NCBI GenBank assembly: GCA_964016885.1
Contig: CAXHJY010000755.1
Coordinates: 1 to 37,887 of the forward strand
Length of the DNA stretch: 37,887 nt
Origin: Eledone cirrhosa
Lineage: Eukaryota
Reading direction: 5' to 3'
The position numbers were made by a program, and so were the translations under genes. This document shows positions 1-10,915 of the stretch, piece after piece. Position 1 is the first letter of the stretch. Each line of letters begins with the position of its first letter. The notes under the pieces are model-generated. The model searched no databases, was not told the DNA's origin, and was given only the letters and a program-made list of their open reading frames with translations.

Positions 1-236
1 GGACAAGTTCTCTCCAGCGGTCTCTGTCCCTCATTATCACTGCCATGTCCTGCATCTCCAACAGACCAGTGTCTGTCCTTAGGGCATCAACATATGTTAA
101 CCTTGGTTTTCCTCTTCCAGTGTGTCCATGCAGAGGCTCCCACTGGAGCACTGAGTGCAGTGTCAACTCTGGATGTCGGTGAGCATGTCCAGCTAACCTC
201 AGTCTCCTCTGTGTCACTTTTGGGATACAGCCATAG
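1..236 (-). mobile_element. RTE-clade LINE, C-terminal ORF fragment (runs off the window edge)
   Basis: Minus strand translates YGCIPKVTQRRLRLAGHAHRHPELTLHSVLQWEPLHGHTGRGKPRLTYVDALRTDTG...RDRDRWRELV, matching the RRLRxAGH...GRGRP..TY.D...DR..W C-terminus of RTE-type RTs. Confidence 0.8.
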
Positions 237-1338
237 CTTAATTTAATTTAGCAATTCAAATCTTCACCCAGTCTGCCTTGGAAATGATTAGGAAAGTTAT
301 CTGCATCGTTTTAAAATATTTGCAGCAGTACTGATCATTTATTTCATGGTGATGACTTACGAAGTAAGTAAGATCGTAGATTGTTGGTTCTTGACTTACA
401 CTTTAGTATTTTAATGGTACAATGGTATTGAAATTAAAATGAATCAAGCAATACTTGCAGAGAACAACATATCTTTTATCCACTATAATTATTTAGCAAA
501 TAGAAATTAAATATGAGTGCAGATGATTGTAGAGGTAAGTAGTTTTTATTTTTGTCAATCATCTAGTTTAAATATTTGATTGTAGCAATAGTTGCTTTGA
601 ACAAAACTGGAAGACAAAGTTTAATTGAGGAAACAATTTTCTGTAAGAGTAAACAGAAAAAGGGGTGATTTCATGATTAAAGAAACATTTCTTTACAAAC
701 TACTAAAAGATAACAAATATTTAAAAAACAAAAAACTACAAGAAATAGTGTCTAAATATAGCACTGAAGCTAGAACAGACTTTCAAATCTGTAACAAGTA
801 CAATCAATAAGATACCATGAAATAATTTTTAAAAAATAGCATGACTTGAATCTTGGGAAATTACCATTCCAATTCCAAAGAAAGTTATTCATAAGAGTTT
901 AAATTAAATCAATAAATATAATTTCCACTTAGTTGTGTTTTTAATGAAGCATTTTACCAAGAAAATGTGTACATGTGGGTCTAACACTGGTTATATTCAA
1001 ATTATAATATTTTACGAGACAATTGTCTAATTTAAATGTAAATAGGTTCAGGTTATTAACTACAAATTTATCTCCCAATAGTGTGATTTCTAATTATTGT
1101 GTGTTCTAATTGCCTATTTACATTTGGTTGGCAATAGTAATTAGACAGAAAAGATCAAGCAATAAACACAGAGGGTATCACCCCACTCAAATCTTCTGCT
1201 CAGTCAGCATCAAATAATGTCATGATCAATAATTTATTTCTCAAACAGTTAATATTACAATATCTCATTTTTTTCATTACATATTTACTGAAATGTCCCT
1301 GCTATATTCGGATTGGTATATACCTTATGTTTATTTCA

Positions 1339-1358
1339 TCACCTTTGTTTAAAATAGC
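1339..1358 (-). CDS. Putative coding exon of an unidentified spliced gene (terminal CYFKQR* in frame A; internal AILNKGDEINI to 1324 in frame B)
   Basis: Strong acceptor ttataattcctacag at 1359; phase-compatible with exon 1573-1536. Possible donor AAG|gtatat at 1323. Confidence 0.3.
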
Positions 1359-1535
1359 CTGTAGGAATTATAAGTAAATTTATACTAAGTTTTATATAAA
1401 TGATAGACATCTTTGGTAATTATACAAATATGTACAGTGTGTACTTTTATCAAGTAATCATTTCAATTTTGATCAAGAAATTTGGCAATAAATACAAAGA
1501 ATTTTTAATAAAAAAAAAAAAATAGGTATTCGTAC

Positions 1536-1573
1536 ACAATATCTGCATTGAGCTAATGAGGTTTCTATCATAT
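1536..1573 (-). CDS. Putative exon (RYDRNLISSMQIL in frame A)
   Basis: Acceptor tttatatattttactag, weak donor gtacga; phase matches exon 2277-2186. Confidence 0.35.
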
Positions 1574-2185
1574 CTAGTAAAATATATAAATTTCTGCTTT
1601 AAAATCCTATCATTTAACCTTTCAACAGAAATATAAACTTGTCCCGGAAAACCATGAAGGTCTGTGTTGGCAAACATTATTTAGTGAATTTTGAAATTTG
1701 AATGAATTTGTATGCTGTGCCAAGTCAAACATCATAATATATCAAGCAAAGTTCTTCATGAAAAGAATCAAATGTCAGGATTCATCACCCCATGGCCTAC
1801 ACATTTATTTTAATTTACAAACTTAAAAGATTAACAAATGCATTTAATAAATATGAATTGGGAGGGATTACTTGCCATATAAACTAAGCCTATCCCATGT
1901 GAAGACATCACACCAATTATATAATTTGAATAATTATACAAACAAAATATGATTGAGTCTTATTGAGTACCATAGTTTTCAGGATATACTATGTACAGAT
2001 GTAGAAGGTACACCCTTATTTCAAACATTTGGACAACATTTTTATAGTATTATTTAAAAGATTTTCATTGAACAAATTTCAAACAAATATTAATGAATAT
2101 TATTTTACAATTGTCAAAGGTATGCTCCTTTACTGACCCTCTCTGGGATTTTAGGATATGTACTCATTTTGCCTCTATCCCATAC

Positions 2186-2277
2186 CTCCCTGTACAGGTA
2201 GCAGACTCATCGTGAGGTTTTGAAGCGTTTGGTAGAATCTGCAATATATCTTTTGAATAGGCCCCTCCGCACCAACA
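2186..2277 (-). CDS. Putative exon (CWCGGAYSKDILQILPNASKPHDESATCTG in frame A)
   Basis: GC-richer 92-nt island between acceptor tttcttatatttcttag and donor GAG|gtatgg; open in two frames. Confidence 0.55.
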
Positions 2278-2713
2278 CTAAGAAATATAAGAAATAACTT
2301 AAATAATTTCAGAAGCTAAGTTTCTTAAGAAAGAAATGTATGTGATAGATCCTTTACTAAATAAAATAAAATGTAGTTTTTGGTTTATGATGTAAGAGAT
2401 AATGTAAATGAAATTTATGCTGAAAATATTTTACTGCATGCCATTAAACAGTCGTAGGTCCAAACTAATTACCAAATTAATTTTATTACATACATACAAA
2501 AATGCTATGTTCAGTCTTTTATGTAGAAGATAATTTCATGTACTGATGTATGAAATAAAACAGAATTTCCAATTTTTATTACGACAGAAGAACTGCTTCC
2601 ATAGATGAGATTTGAAAACGTAACCATTTAAAATTTTGTGAATAAGGTGATATTTCTAACTCAAAAAAAAATTTTGAAATATTGATTATGGGAAATGATA
2701 TTAGATAATACAC

Positions 2714-2763
2714 CTTCCCTCTCATCCCATTGGATATGAATCCACCTGAAACCAACCCTAGCT
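2714..2763 (-). CDS. Putative exon (ELGLVSGGFISNGMRGK in frame A; ARVGFRWIHIQWDERE in frame B)
   Basis: Acceptor ttttgtataatag, donor AAG|gtgtat; GC-richer than flanks; phase-compatible with neighbours. Confidence 0.45.
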
Positions 2764-2784
2764 CTATTATACAAAACTTTATTT

Positions 2785-2970
2785 TAAGGTGTCTATATTT
2801 ATCTAAATGATTTGCATCATGGAAGAACATTTAAGTTATGTAAGGTGTCTATATTTATCTAGAAGACTTTCATCATGAAGAACATTTAAGTTATGTAAGT
2901 TGTCTATATTTATCTAAAAACCTTGCATGTTATAAGACGAAATACATCATGTAAGAATATTTAGGTTATA
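2785..2970. repeat. ~55-bp tandem repeat, about 3 diverged units
   Basis: taaggtgtctatatttatcta...catcatg(g)aagaacatttaagttatg recurs at 2785, 2841 and 2896. Confidence 0.85.
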
Positions 2971-3838
2971 CTCAAAACACCAAATTAATGAGAAAGTTAA
3001 ATCCTTCAAAATTCATGAGTATTTACACATTTTATTGAAAATGATGCAAAGTTTTTTTCTTTTTTTTTTATTAGAAATAGAGTATCAAAAAGGTAGAAGG
3101 AACTAAAATAACAGAATTAAGTTTAACTCTGTCTTTAATAAAGCACTATGGACCTTGCTAACTGAAGTTGAACTTAGCATTGTTTTTTACTGTAATTTTT
3201 TTATTATGTTGAGACTTAAAAACTTAACTTGCAATTTGAACTGTAACTACACCCAATATTTTAAAATCTTAAATCAAAGAAATATGAGACACACAAAATA
3301 TTTCTATTCTATCTTGAAAGAACAAAATAAATTTCAGCAACTCAGAGAATATATGTATTTTGTTCACTTTAAAAATAAACTATTAAAGAATACTAAATTA
3401 GCCTAACTTCTAAATAGCAAGTAGAAAAGCCATTTAGAAAATATTCATTCACAATTACAATATCTTTCAAAAATCATTTTAAGTATGAACACATTCACTA
3501 GTGTATGTTCCATATAATAAACAAAATAACAATAACTACGTTAGCAATTGCCTCAATTGTTTCATCTTTCTCTCTCTTTTTACATACGAACAATGATTTT
3601 AGTTGGGTATCTTCTATTATGGTTGCCTCTTTCAGCATTTTCTTATTTTTCTATTTCCATCAATGATCATGTTCAATAAATTTATAAACATCTTTCTCAT
3701 TAAAGACTAATTCATAGGGAATTTTTACTAAGGAAACATATCATTTGAAATAAAAGTCTTTTAAAGGTGAGAGTTTTGAATAGTTGTCTAATGAATCAAA
3801 GTAATTCCTGTTTTGTATGTTCTTGATGACTCTAGAAC

Positions 3839-3841
<3 letters not shown>

Positions 3842-3914
<73 letters not shown>

Positions 3915-3939
3915 TGTATATATATATATGTATATATAT
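3842..3939. repeat. (TA)n microsatellite
   Basis: Directly visible. Confidence 0.95.
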
Positions 3940-5667
3940 CATGGGTTGCTATTATTCTTTGCTTATCAAAAGTATTAACTATGTCGTGGAAAAGTCTCAT
4001 TAATTATTTCCTTTGTAAAATGAAATTAAATGCAGCAACCAATAATTATATGCATACATGTATAAATGCCTATAAGCACGTTTAATAACAGATGCATATT
4101 ATTTACATATGTGTGTATGTGTGTGAGTTAGTGTTTGTATTACAGTCAGTATTTGCATAAGTATACCTACTCAACATTTCTGAGTTTATGTCTGTTTGTA
4201 CCTATGCATTTGTTTTTGCATTGTTTTTAACACTTTATTATATATCCTTGCAATATGATATTTCTTCAAAAGGCAAACTTATAAAAGACCACAATTCCTC
4301 AAAGAACAAGATAAAGTTAAGTTTTGTTGGAAGTCTGTATATTAAGAATATTGTTATCTTTACATAATTCAAATAACAAAAAAAAAGTTAACTCCTATAT
4401 TTCAGTGACTGAATGAATACGATCTTGAATAAAAAGCCCAAAATGAGGTTCCTTTAAAGGGTCCTTAGAGTAACATTACTCAATAGGGTGCATAGCTCAG
4501 GGATCAGGGACTTAATTCATGTAGAGCCAGTAATTCCTCAAATTGAGAGATCACTGTTCTAATACAGTGGGCAGGCAATTAGAATGTTTCAGAAAAGAAT
4601 CACTGGATAGATTTTACAGACAAAAATCAACCAGCAAGAGACCCAGTGGTAGACTCTGAGCAAGATGGTTGGATAACGTCCGGGAGATCGGCTGGTCTTG
4701 CTTGAAGGTCAACCATGTCACTTGGAGACAGGATTCACTGGAAGAAGTGTTTGAGAACCCCGGCTCCAAGACCCTCCCAGGAACAAAAGGAAGAAAAAGG
4801 GGGTGGAGAAAAAGAAAAAGAAAAAGAAAGAAAAGACAAAGAAGAAGAATGCCTGCATTTTTTTAATACAAACAGGATTTATTTCTTTTTTTACAGTTCC
4901 ATTTACCCCTGAATCTATTTGCAACCAAAATTCTTAGCTGGTTCTACATTTAGCATTGGATACTGAAAATATGTATTTGGCTTTAGTTTTAAGACTTTTC
5001 CAAAAGTTAAATTCATTATACGAAATTTGGTTTCAAGGATAATTTATAGTTCCTCATGGCTATTAAATAAATACATTACTTTTCATTATTTCAATAGACC
5101 TCTGAAACAACAATGTATTTCGAATGATATAGAATCAACAAATTTAATGGATGGAAGTAATGATTGACAACATCTATTCTAGTTTGAGTAACTTAGACTT
5201 AACCCTCCTTAATTATAATTGCAAAACAGGTTAATTGTTTCTCAACCATCACTAAGTTGGAGGACACCAGATCAGATGCATATGGCATTTTCTCAATTTG
5301 TATAATCTATTTTTCTCTTCTTGGTATGCTAACAATATTTTCTATATTCCGAGATGATGAAATGAACTTGAAATACTTCAGGAAACTCTATGAGGTCTAG
5401 ACTTAGTACATTGCCTGCAAATATACAGAAAACTATCAAAATTCATGCGTGTGTGTCGGTGATAGGAAGGACATTCAGTCACTGAACACCTGTGAAACAA
5501 AGACTCAGAAGGACTTTTCAGCTATGCCATAGACATGAAAACCTTTCTATTGTAGGTAATCCACACAGTAAATGAGCATCTAGTACACTCTTTAAAGTGG
5601 TTCATGATAGGAAAGGTGTGTAGCCTTAGGAAACCTTCCAAAAAAATGTTGAAAATATTCTTTAGCT

Positions 5668-5745
5668 CACTGAGTGCATTTTATCTTGATACGTACATGA
5701 GGACAACTTCCCTCATGTACGTATCAAGATAAAATGCACTCAGTG
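5668..5745. repeat. Perfect 35-bp inverted repeat with 8-nt loop
   Basis: cactgagtgcattttatcttgatacgtacatgagg (5668-5702) is the exact reverse complement of 5711-5745. Confidence 0.95.
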
Positions 5746-6283
5746 TGCAGGATAATATGTCAGAAGCCCAACTATCCTGGAGGCCAGAGGTTTCATTTGT
5801 GTACTGATCAGTCTGTGACAACATATTCAATCATGGCTAGCAGAGAATATGGATGTCAAAAAAATGTTGAAGATTATATAAACCATTAAAAATCAACAGT
5901 TATCAATTGTAATCATGTATAACTTGTTAATATGTATGGTGATTTAGATAAGAGCTTTAGGTACCTATCAGAGATGCCCTCTTATCTTTCATAGATCAAA
6001 ACAGCAACGATATGGCAAATCAAAGGATAGAGGACTGAAGTAACTATGATCTGATACATCTTTCTGTCTCATGAAAGATACAAGATTCAAATTATAATCA
6101 ATGTTTTATTATCATATTTTTTACTCAAGTGATGAATAGAGTTTTAATACTTTTGGCAATTTTTTTTTTAAATATAAAATTATATGGTGATTCATTCTGT
6201 AATTTTATGGTTTCTTGCTTTACATATATGTCATCTGAAATATCCTACAGATCAAAAAATTGAGTAACGACAGAGTCACTCAC

Positions 6284-6316
6284 CAGCTTGGTACAAATAT
6301 ACATACTCTGCAACAT
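6284..6316 (-). CDS. Putative exon (DVAEYVYLYQA)
   Basis: Acceptor attattcaatag, consensus donor CTG|gtgagt; phase 1/1 fits exons 6483-6426 and 2763-2714. Confidence 0.45.
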
Positions 6317-6425
6317 CTATTGAATAATCTTTCATTTGTTAATTCAGAAATGTGCATGTGTTTATGTGCATGCCTCTCCTTTCATTTTCTTGTCTAGTTA
6401 GAGAGACACCCGTAGTGCATATAAC

Positions 6426-6483
6426 CTTCAATCTGATGGCCTCCCTGTCTGGTGGCAAGGAGCGAAATATCCTTAAAACTGAT
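6426..6483 (-). CDS. Putative exon (ISFKDISLLATRQGGHQIE)
   Basis: Acceptor tgttgcaaacattcag, donor AAG|gttata; GC-richer; 109-nt intron to the next exon. A second frame (SVLRIFRSLPPDREAIRLK) is also open. Confidence 0.45.
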
Positions 6484-6532
6484 CTGAATGTTTGCAACAG
6501 AATAGACTGCAATAAAGGCACTTTATATATAT

Positions 6533-7354
6533 ATCATCATCATCAACGTTTAACGTCCATGTTCCACGCTTGCATGGGTTTGGATGAGAGTTTTCTCACT
6601 TGAGGCAAGAGTGGCTGTCTTGCTCGCATAGGACTGTCTGGCGGGTTTTCTACGGTTGGATGCCCTTCTTAACACCAACCGCATTTACAGTGTGGGGCTG
6701 GGAGGTTTTTACTGTGTTGCCTACACGGCCACATTACAGCGTGGACTGTCTGGAGGGTTTTCTACAGCTGGATGCCCTTCCTAACACTAACCACATTTAC
6801 AGTGTGGGGCTGGGAGGTTTTTACTGTGTTGCCTACACGGCCACATTACAGCGTGGACTGTCTGGAGGGTTTTCTACAGCTGGATGCCCTTCCTAACACC
6901 AACCACATTTACAGTGTGGAGCTGGGAGGTTTTTACCGTGTTGCCTACACGGCCACATTACAGCGTGGACTGTATGTTTTTTTGTCGTGACACCTACACG
7001 ATCTCATTTGTTTCGGCCTGGATGTTGTGGCACCAACATAACTTTACATTGAAAGGGGCGGTGTGGATGGGGTGGTGGTGGTGGGACGGGGGTGTATTTT
7101 GTTAGAGATGCCTACTGACTGTAGTAGGTTTTACTTTGTATTTAGGTAAGGCGGGTCTTCTCTATTACTGAGTACCGCCAAAGGTCTCGGTCCAGTGACA
7201 TTGTCTTGGAGAGGTGTAAGTGTGTGAGGTTGGAATTTATCAGCTCGTCCCAGGTTTTTCTGGGTCTGCCTACTCTGTGGCTACCATCTATCTTTATTGC
7301 CCTGCACTTTGCTATACAGCTGTCGTCTTTCATGCGCATCACGTGACCATACCA
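6533..7354 (-). mobile_element. 5'-truncated RTE-clade LINE with 3' UTR and (GAT)n tail
   Basis: 7354-7142 encodes WYGHVMRMKDDSCIAKCRAIKIDGSHRVGRPRKTWDELI...DRDLWR; the 3' UTR has ggttggtgttaggaagggcatccagc motifs and ends in (GAT)n at 6533-6543. Confidence 0.9.
6631..6973. repeat. 112-bp tandem triplication inside the RTE 3' UTR
   Basis: ggactgt starts units at 6631, 6743, 6855 and 6967; the units are nearly identical. Confidence 0.95.
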
Positions 7355-7402
7355 ATATATATATATATAGATTTTGCAGCAGGTCAAGGGATATATATAT
7401 AT

Positions 7403-8045
7403 GCTCCGATGGATGTGTAATAGTAATATACGCGAACGGCAAAGTATAAACGAATTGAGAGACAGACTGAGCATCAGAGGAATCAAATGCTGTGTGTAGG
7501 AGAGAAGGTTTCATTGGTATGGACATGTGATGCGTATGAAGGATGACAGCTGCATAAAAAGGTGCAGAGCACTAGAAGTCGATGGAAGGTGCGTAGTGGG
7601 GAGACCCAAGAAGACCTGGGATGAGGTGATAAAGGCCGACCTTACCAAATGCACCTCTCAAGAACAATGACACATGACCGTGACCTCTGGCATCACGCAG
7701 TAATACAGAAGACCCCCCCCCCCCCACAGGAACAAGCCAAAGCTGAAGCATATAGACAATATGCCCCCACACCCTCCCACTGCAAAGTGGTCATGGAGGC
7801 GCCACAGCAAAAAAGCACCCAGACCACACTGTAAAGTGGATGTGTAAGCACCACGGAAAAAAGCAGCACCTAGTACTCACTGTAAATGAGGTTGGTGTTA
7901 GGAAGGGCATCCAGCTGTAGAAATCAAGTCAGAATCAGTTCCTGTATGAGCAAGAAATGGTCAGCCGACTGGACACTGCTCACAACAGGACACCCCGTCT
8001 AACCGATGCTAGCGTGGAAGAATGGACATAAAACGGTGATGATGA

Positions 8046-8049
<4 letters not shown>
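7403..8049 (+). mobile_element. 5'-truncated RTE-clade LINE with (GAT)n tail
   Basis: LRWMCNSNIRERQSINELRDRLSIRGIKCCV*ERRFHWYGHVMRMKDDSCIKRCRALEVDGRCVVGRPKKTWDEVIKADL; same 3' UTR motif, tail gatgatgat at 8038-8049. Confidence 0.9.
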
Positions 8050-8089
<40 letters not shown>

Positions 8090-8730
8090 AAAGAATGAAG
8101 AATAACATGGGCAGCTGTACAATAGGGTTTATTTAAAGTATTAACAATTGTTTCATTAGTCTAAAATTCACTGATCGCTAGATGTTACATCACTCAACCT
8201 TAATTACAGCTGATACAAAATGCTGCTAAATAGCAAGATCAAGCATACAATGTTCTGTAGGCACAAAGCCGACACTAAATTCCCTAACTACAAACTGTAA
8301 TGAGCATGATTCGATATGGCAATCTCACTATCCATTCAAAACCACCCGGATTAAAATGTCTACTATACTGACGCTAACAAACCGGCCTTACACCTCCTCA
8401 CTATAATTAACTGTCAGTTGACCAGTTGGACATTAAATCAATGGACAGTCGCTCAGCTTTTTTATAGACACATTCTCTCATACACAGCATTACCATTAAT
8501 CTTTACCTCCATCAAGAAAATACTTTCAAAATACCCCAACAATAATCACCCATCTTTTTATTTTTTATCTTTTAATTTTTATTCTTTATTTCATAATCGC
8601 TGATTCATTGATTTAACCCACTGTATTTGAATGTTGCCAATACCCCATCATCCCATTTTATTACACTTACCACTATCTCCCTTATCATATCATCTCTTCA
8701 TACCACTTCCCTCACTTTCTCCATATTATT

Positions 8731-8835
8731 ATTAACTTTGCCTTTCATCCTTACGGGGTCGATAAAATAAAGTACCAGTAATGTACTGGGTAATTGCTGG
8801 CCTTGTGTCTAAAGTAGAAACAATTATTATTATTG
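8731..8835 (+). mobile_element. 3' half of tRNA-derived SINE family 1
   Basis: ctttgcctttcatccttacggggtcgataaaataaagtaccag...ggccttgtgtctaaagtagaaacaa(tta)n; same as the 3' half of 8918-9105. Confidence 0.85.
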
Positions 8836-8917
8836 TCATTACTATTTTACGCTTCTATCCACTCATCACTGCAACTATTACAACTCCTATTACTATTATT
8901 ATTGTCATTAATCTTAT

Positions 8918-9105
8918 TCAGTATCAGTAGAGGGTCAGACGCCATGCTTTGATGCATAGAGTTATGGCCCTTGCCATTCTGAGTTCAAATCCCACCAAGG
9001 TTAACTTTGCCTTTCATCCTTACCGGGTCGATAAAATAAAGTACCAGTAATGCACTGGGTAATTGCTGGCCTTGTGCAAAAAGTAGAAACAACTATTATT
9101 ATTGT
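8918..9105 (+). mobile_element. tRNA-derived SINE family 1 (central domain resembles the Meta/Sauria-type SINE domain)
   Basis: B box gagttcaaatccc, central gcctttcatcctt..gggtcgataaaataaagtaccag, (TTA)n tail; homologous to 27585-27768. Domain name is from memory. Confidence 0.85.
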
Positions 9106-9174
9106 TGTTTTCATTTATGTTATTCTCCCATATATCTATAAATACTAATACATTGTATCATGTACACAAATCAT

Positions 9175-9281
9175 TATTCTGACGATTTGGTTGGGTATCA
9201 ACTGTAATTAAGGTTGAGTGACGTAACTTCTAATAATCAGTGACTTTTAGACACACCGGACTAATGAAACAATTGTTCATA
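9175..9281 (+). ncRNA. Type I hammerhead ribozyme with long stem II
   Basis: tatt-CTGACGA-t-TTGGT...ACTAA-t-GAAA-C-aatt-G-TT-cata; palindromic stem III ACAATTGT. The stem I closing pair is mutated here but intact (AATA) in the inverted copy near 8140. Confidence 0.65.
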
Positions 9282-9604
9282 CTTTACATAAACCCTATTT
9301 AACCACCGACCATTTTATTCTTCACTCTCTTACTATTATTACTCCAAGAACCGCCTGCCTAGGAACTTTCTTAAACCAGCCATACGTTAAAATTATCCTT
9401 GATGCAGAGTACTCATAAACTCTAGCTAGATTACCTTAAATAATATCTTGTTATCGTATATATATATATAGGATAACAAGATATATAAATTTTAAACTTA
9501 GAATTGAAAAAAAGAACTATCAATATAGTATTTATATATCCAGAAATTTGGAAGATGAGTCGATGAATAAAGCCATCAAAAATAATTTTTTCTTGATTGC
9601 TTAC

Positions 9605-9685
9605 ATTAAAGTCAAAAGATAAGCTCTTTGGTATAGAAATGAATGCAGCATGAAGTAACTTCACAACTGGCATTTTGTTTTTAAT
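9605..9685 (-). CDS. Putative exon (IKNKMPVVKLLHAAFISIPKSLSFDFN)
   Basis: Acceptor tttatttgtcaatag, donor AAT|gtaagc; 81 nt, only one frame open across it; phase 0 matches 6483. Confidence 0.45.
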
Positions 9686-10253
9686 CTATTGACAAATAAA
9701 TATATTTTATATCCGGTGACATTTTGTAAATTAATTAGAGTTGATATTTCCATTTGTTGCAGCTCCTCTGGAATGAAGATATTTAAAATTTTGAGGTTTC
9801 CTATGAAGCCAAGTACCAATTAATGTATGATTTTGCTTAGGAGATATTCAAGACTTTAAGGTAGGACAGTCATTTCCTTAATTATGTTAAAATATATTAG
9901 TGTATTTCTACATTAATGTATTTTATAATATAAAAAAAGATTTCATTTACACAGTATGAATATTTCTAGCACTCATTTATTCTAAATTTCCTTTTAAATA
10001 GCAGAGACATTTTATAGTAGCATATACATGTTTATTCTTATCCTCCCTTTAAAATTTTAAATTCCATATCAAGTCTGTAGACCTCTCTACTATAATATAT
10101 AATTTCAAGTAGTTTATGTTGAAACACTGTTAGTCATAATTGTCAAAACCTCAAATAGCAAAATGAATCAACAAATAGATGCAGTGTTTGGATATGAATC
10201 AGATCTTTTAGTGAGTAACTTATTATTCACTGAATTTTAACATTGTTGTTTAC

Positions 10254-10304
10254 ATGATTTTTCATATCCCCATTCAAAAACAAGCTTTCACCAAAGAAGA
10301 GATA
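10254..10304 (-). CDS. Putative exon (YLFFGESLFLNGDMKNH)
   Basis: Acceptor ttttagaaatccctag, donor CAT|gtaaac; 51 nt, phase 0/0. Confidence 0.25.
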
Positions 10305-10644
10305 CTAGGGATTTCTAAAACAAAGTTGCTTATGAGCTAGGCCTGAAATATCTTTATTTTTTATACTTATATAACTAATCTTTTAATCTTCTTTTACATA
10401 AACCCATTCTTTTCAAAAGCGCTTTATTTACAGCTAACAATTTTCAACTTTAAATTACTTTTATCATGTTTTTACTATTATTAATTCATTTTTTCCTTCA
10501 CTTCTATATTTGCTTTGTAAGATAATTCTATCAGCAATTCTGTTTGGATATATTTTACCAGTTTAATATTCCAGATTGAAATTCTTTTATTCAGTTCTAC
10601 TTATTTGTTAATTCCAATATAAGACATTGAAATTTTAAATTATA

Positions 10645-10915
10645 ATCACCATCGATTTTACATCCATTTTTCCACACTTACATGGGTTGGACCAGTCCTT
10701 TTCAGCAAAGAATCACTCCTAACACCACATTCCTTTATCATCTCCTCTATGAGTCTCAATTATTTGAGATCAGCTTTTGTTTGTGGGTGCTTTACTTTAA
10801 AAAAATGAAATTGAGGGTTGGCATCAAGAAGCGCATCCAGCCACAGAATTCTGCCTCCAGAAATTATTCCTAAGTATATTGGCATGGAAAAATTGATGGA
10901 AAACTGAAGATGAAT
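10645..10915. mobile_element. Old RTE-tail/SINE remnants in both orientations
   Basis: ttttacatccatttttccacacttacatgggttggac (minus tail) and ggttggcatcaagaagcgcatccagcc...ggcatggaaaa (plus tail) resemble the 3' ends at 6540-6580 and 7890-8040. Confidence 0.55.

Larger units (their letters stand above)
8087..9455 (+). mobile_element. Severely 5'-truncated Naiad-type Penelope-like element with an inverted 5' copy of its pseudo-LTR
   Basis: 8217-8300 encodes KMLLNSKIKHTMFCRHKADTKFPNYKL* (LLN...CRH C-terminus, homologous to 17980-17893). 8087-8216 is an imperfect reverse complement of 9195-9333. A hammerhead lies at 9175-9281. (TA)n on both sides. Confidence 0.85.

Noticed and set aside
3588-3650. 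Possible exon KNKKMLKEATIIEDTQLKSLF (minus), plus further small candidates at 400-1200
   Set aside because: Weak acceptors or phase not compatible with the better-supported chain; expected by chance in AT-rich DNA.
4669-4924. Lys/Arg-rich short ORFs
   Set aside because: Produced by a purine-rich low-complexity tract next to degraded repeat sequence.
2785-6973. CRISPR-like arrays (55-bp and 112-bp repeats)
   Set aside because: Head-to-tail tandem units with no unique spacers, in eukaryotic DNA with no cas genes.
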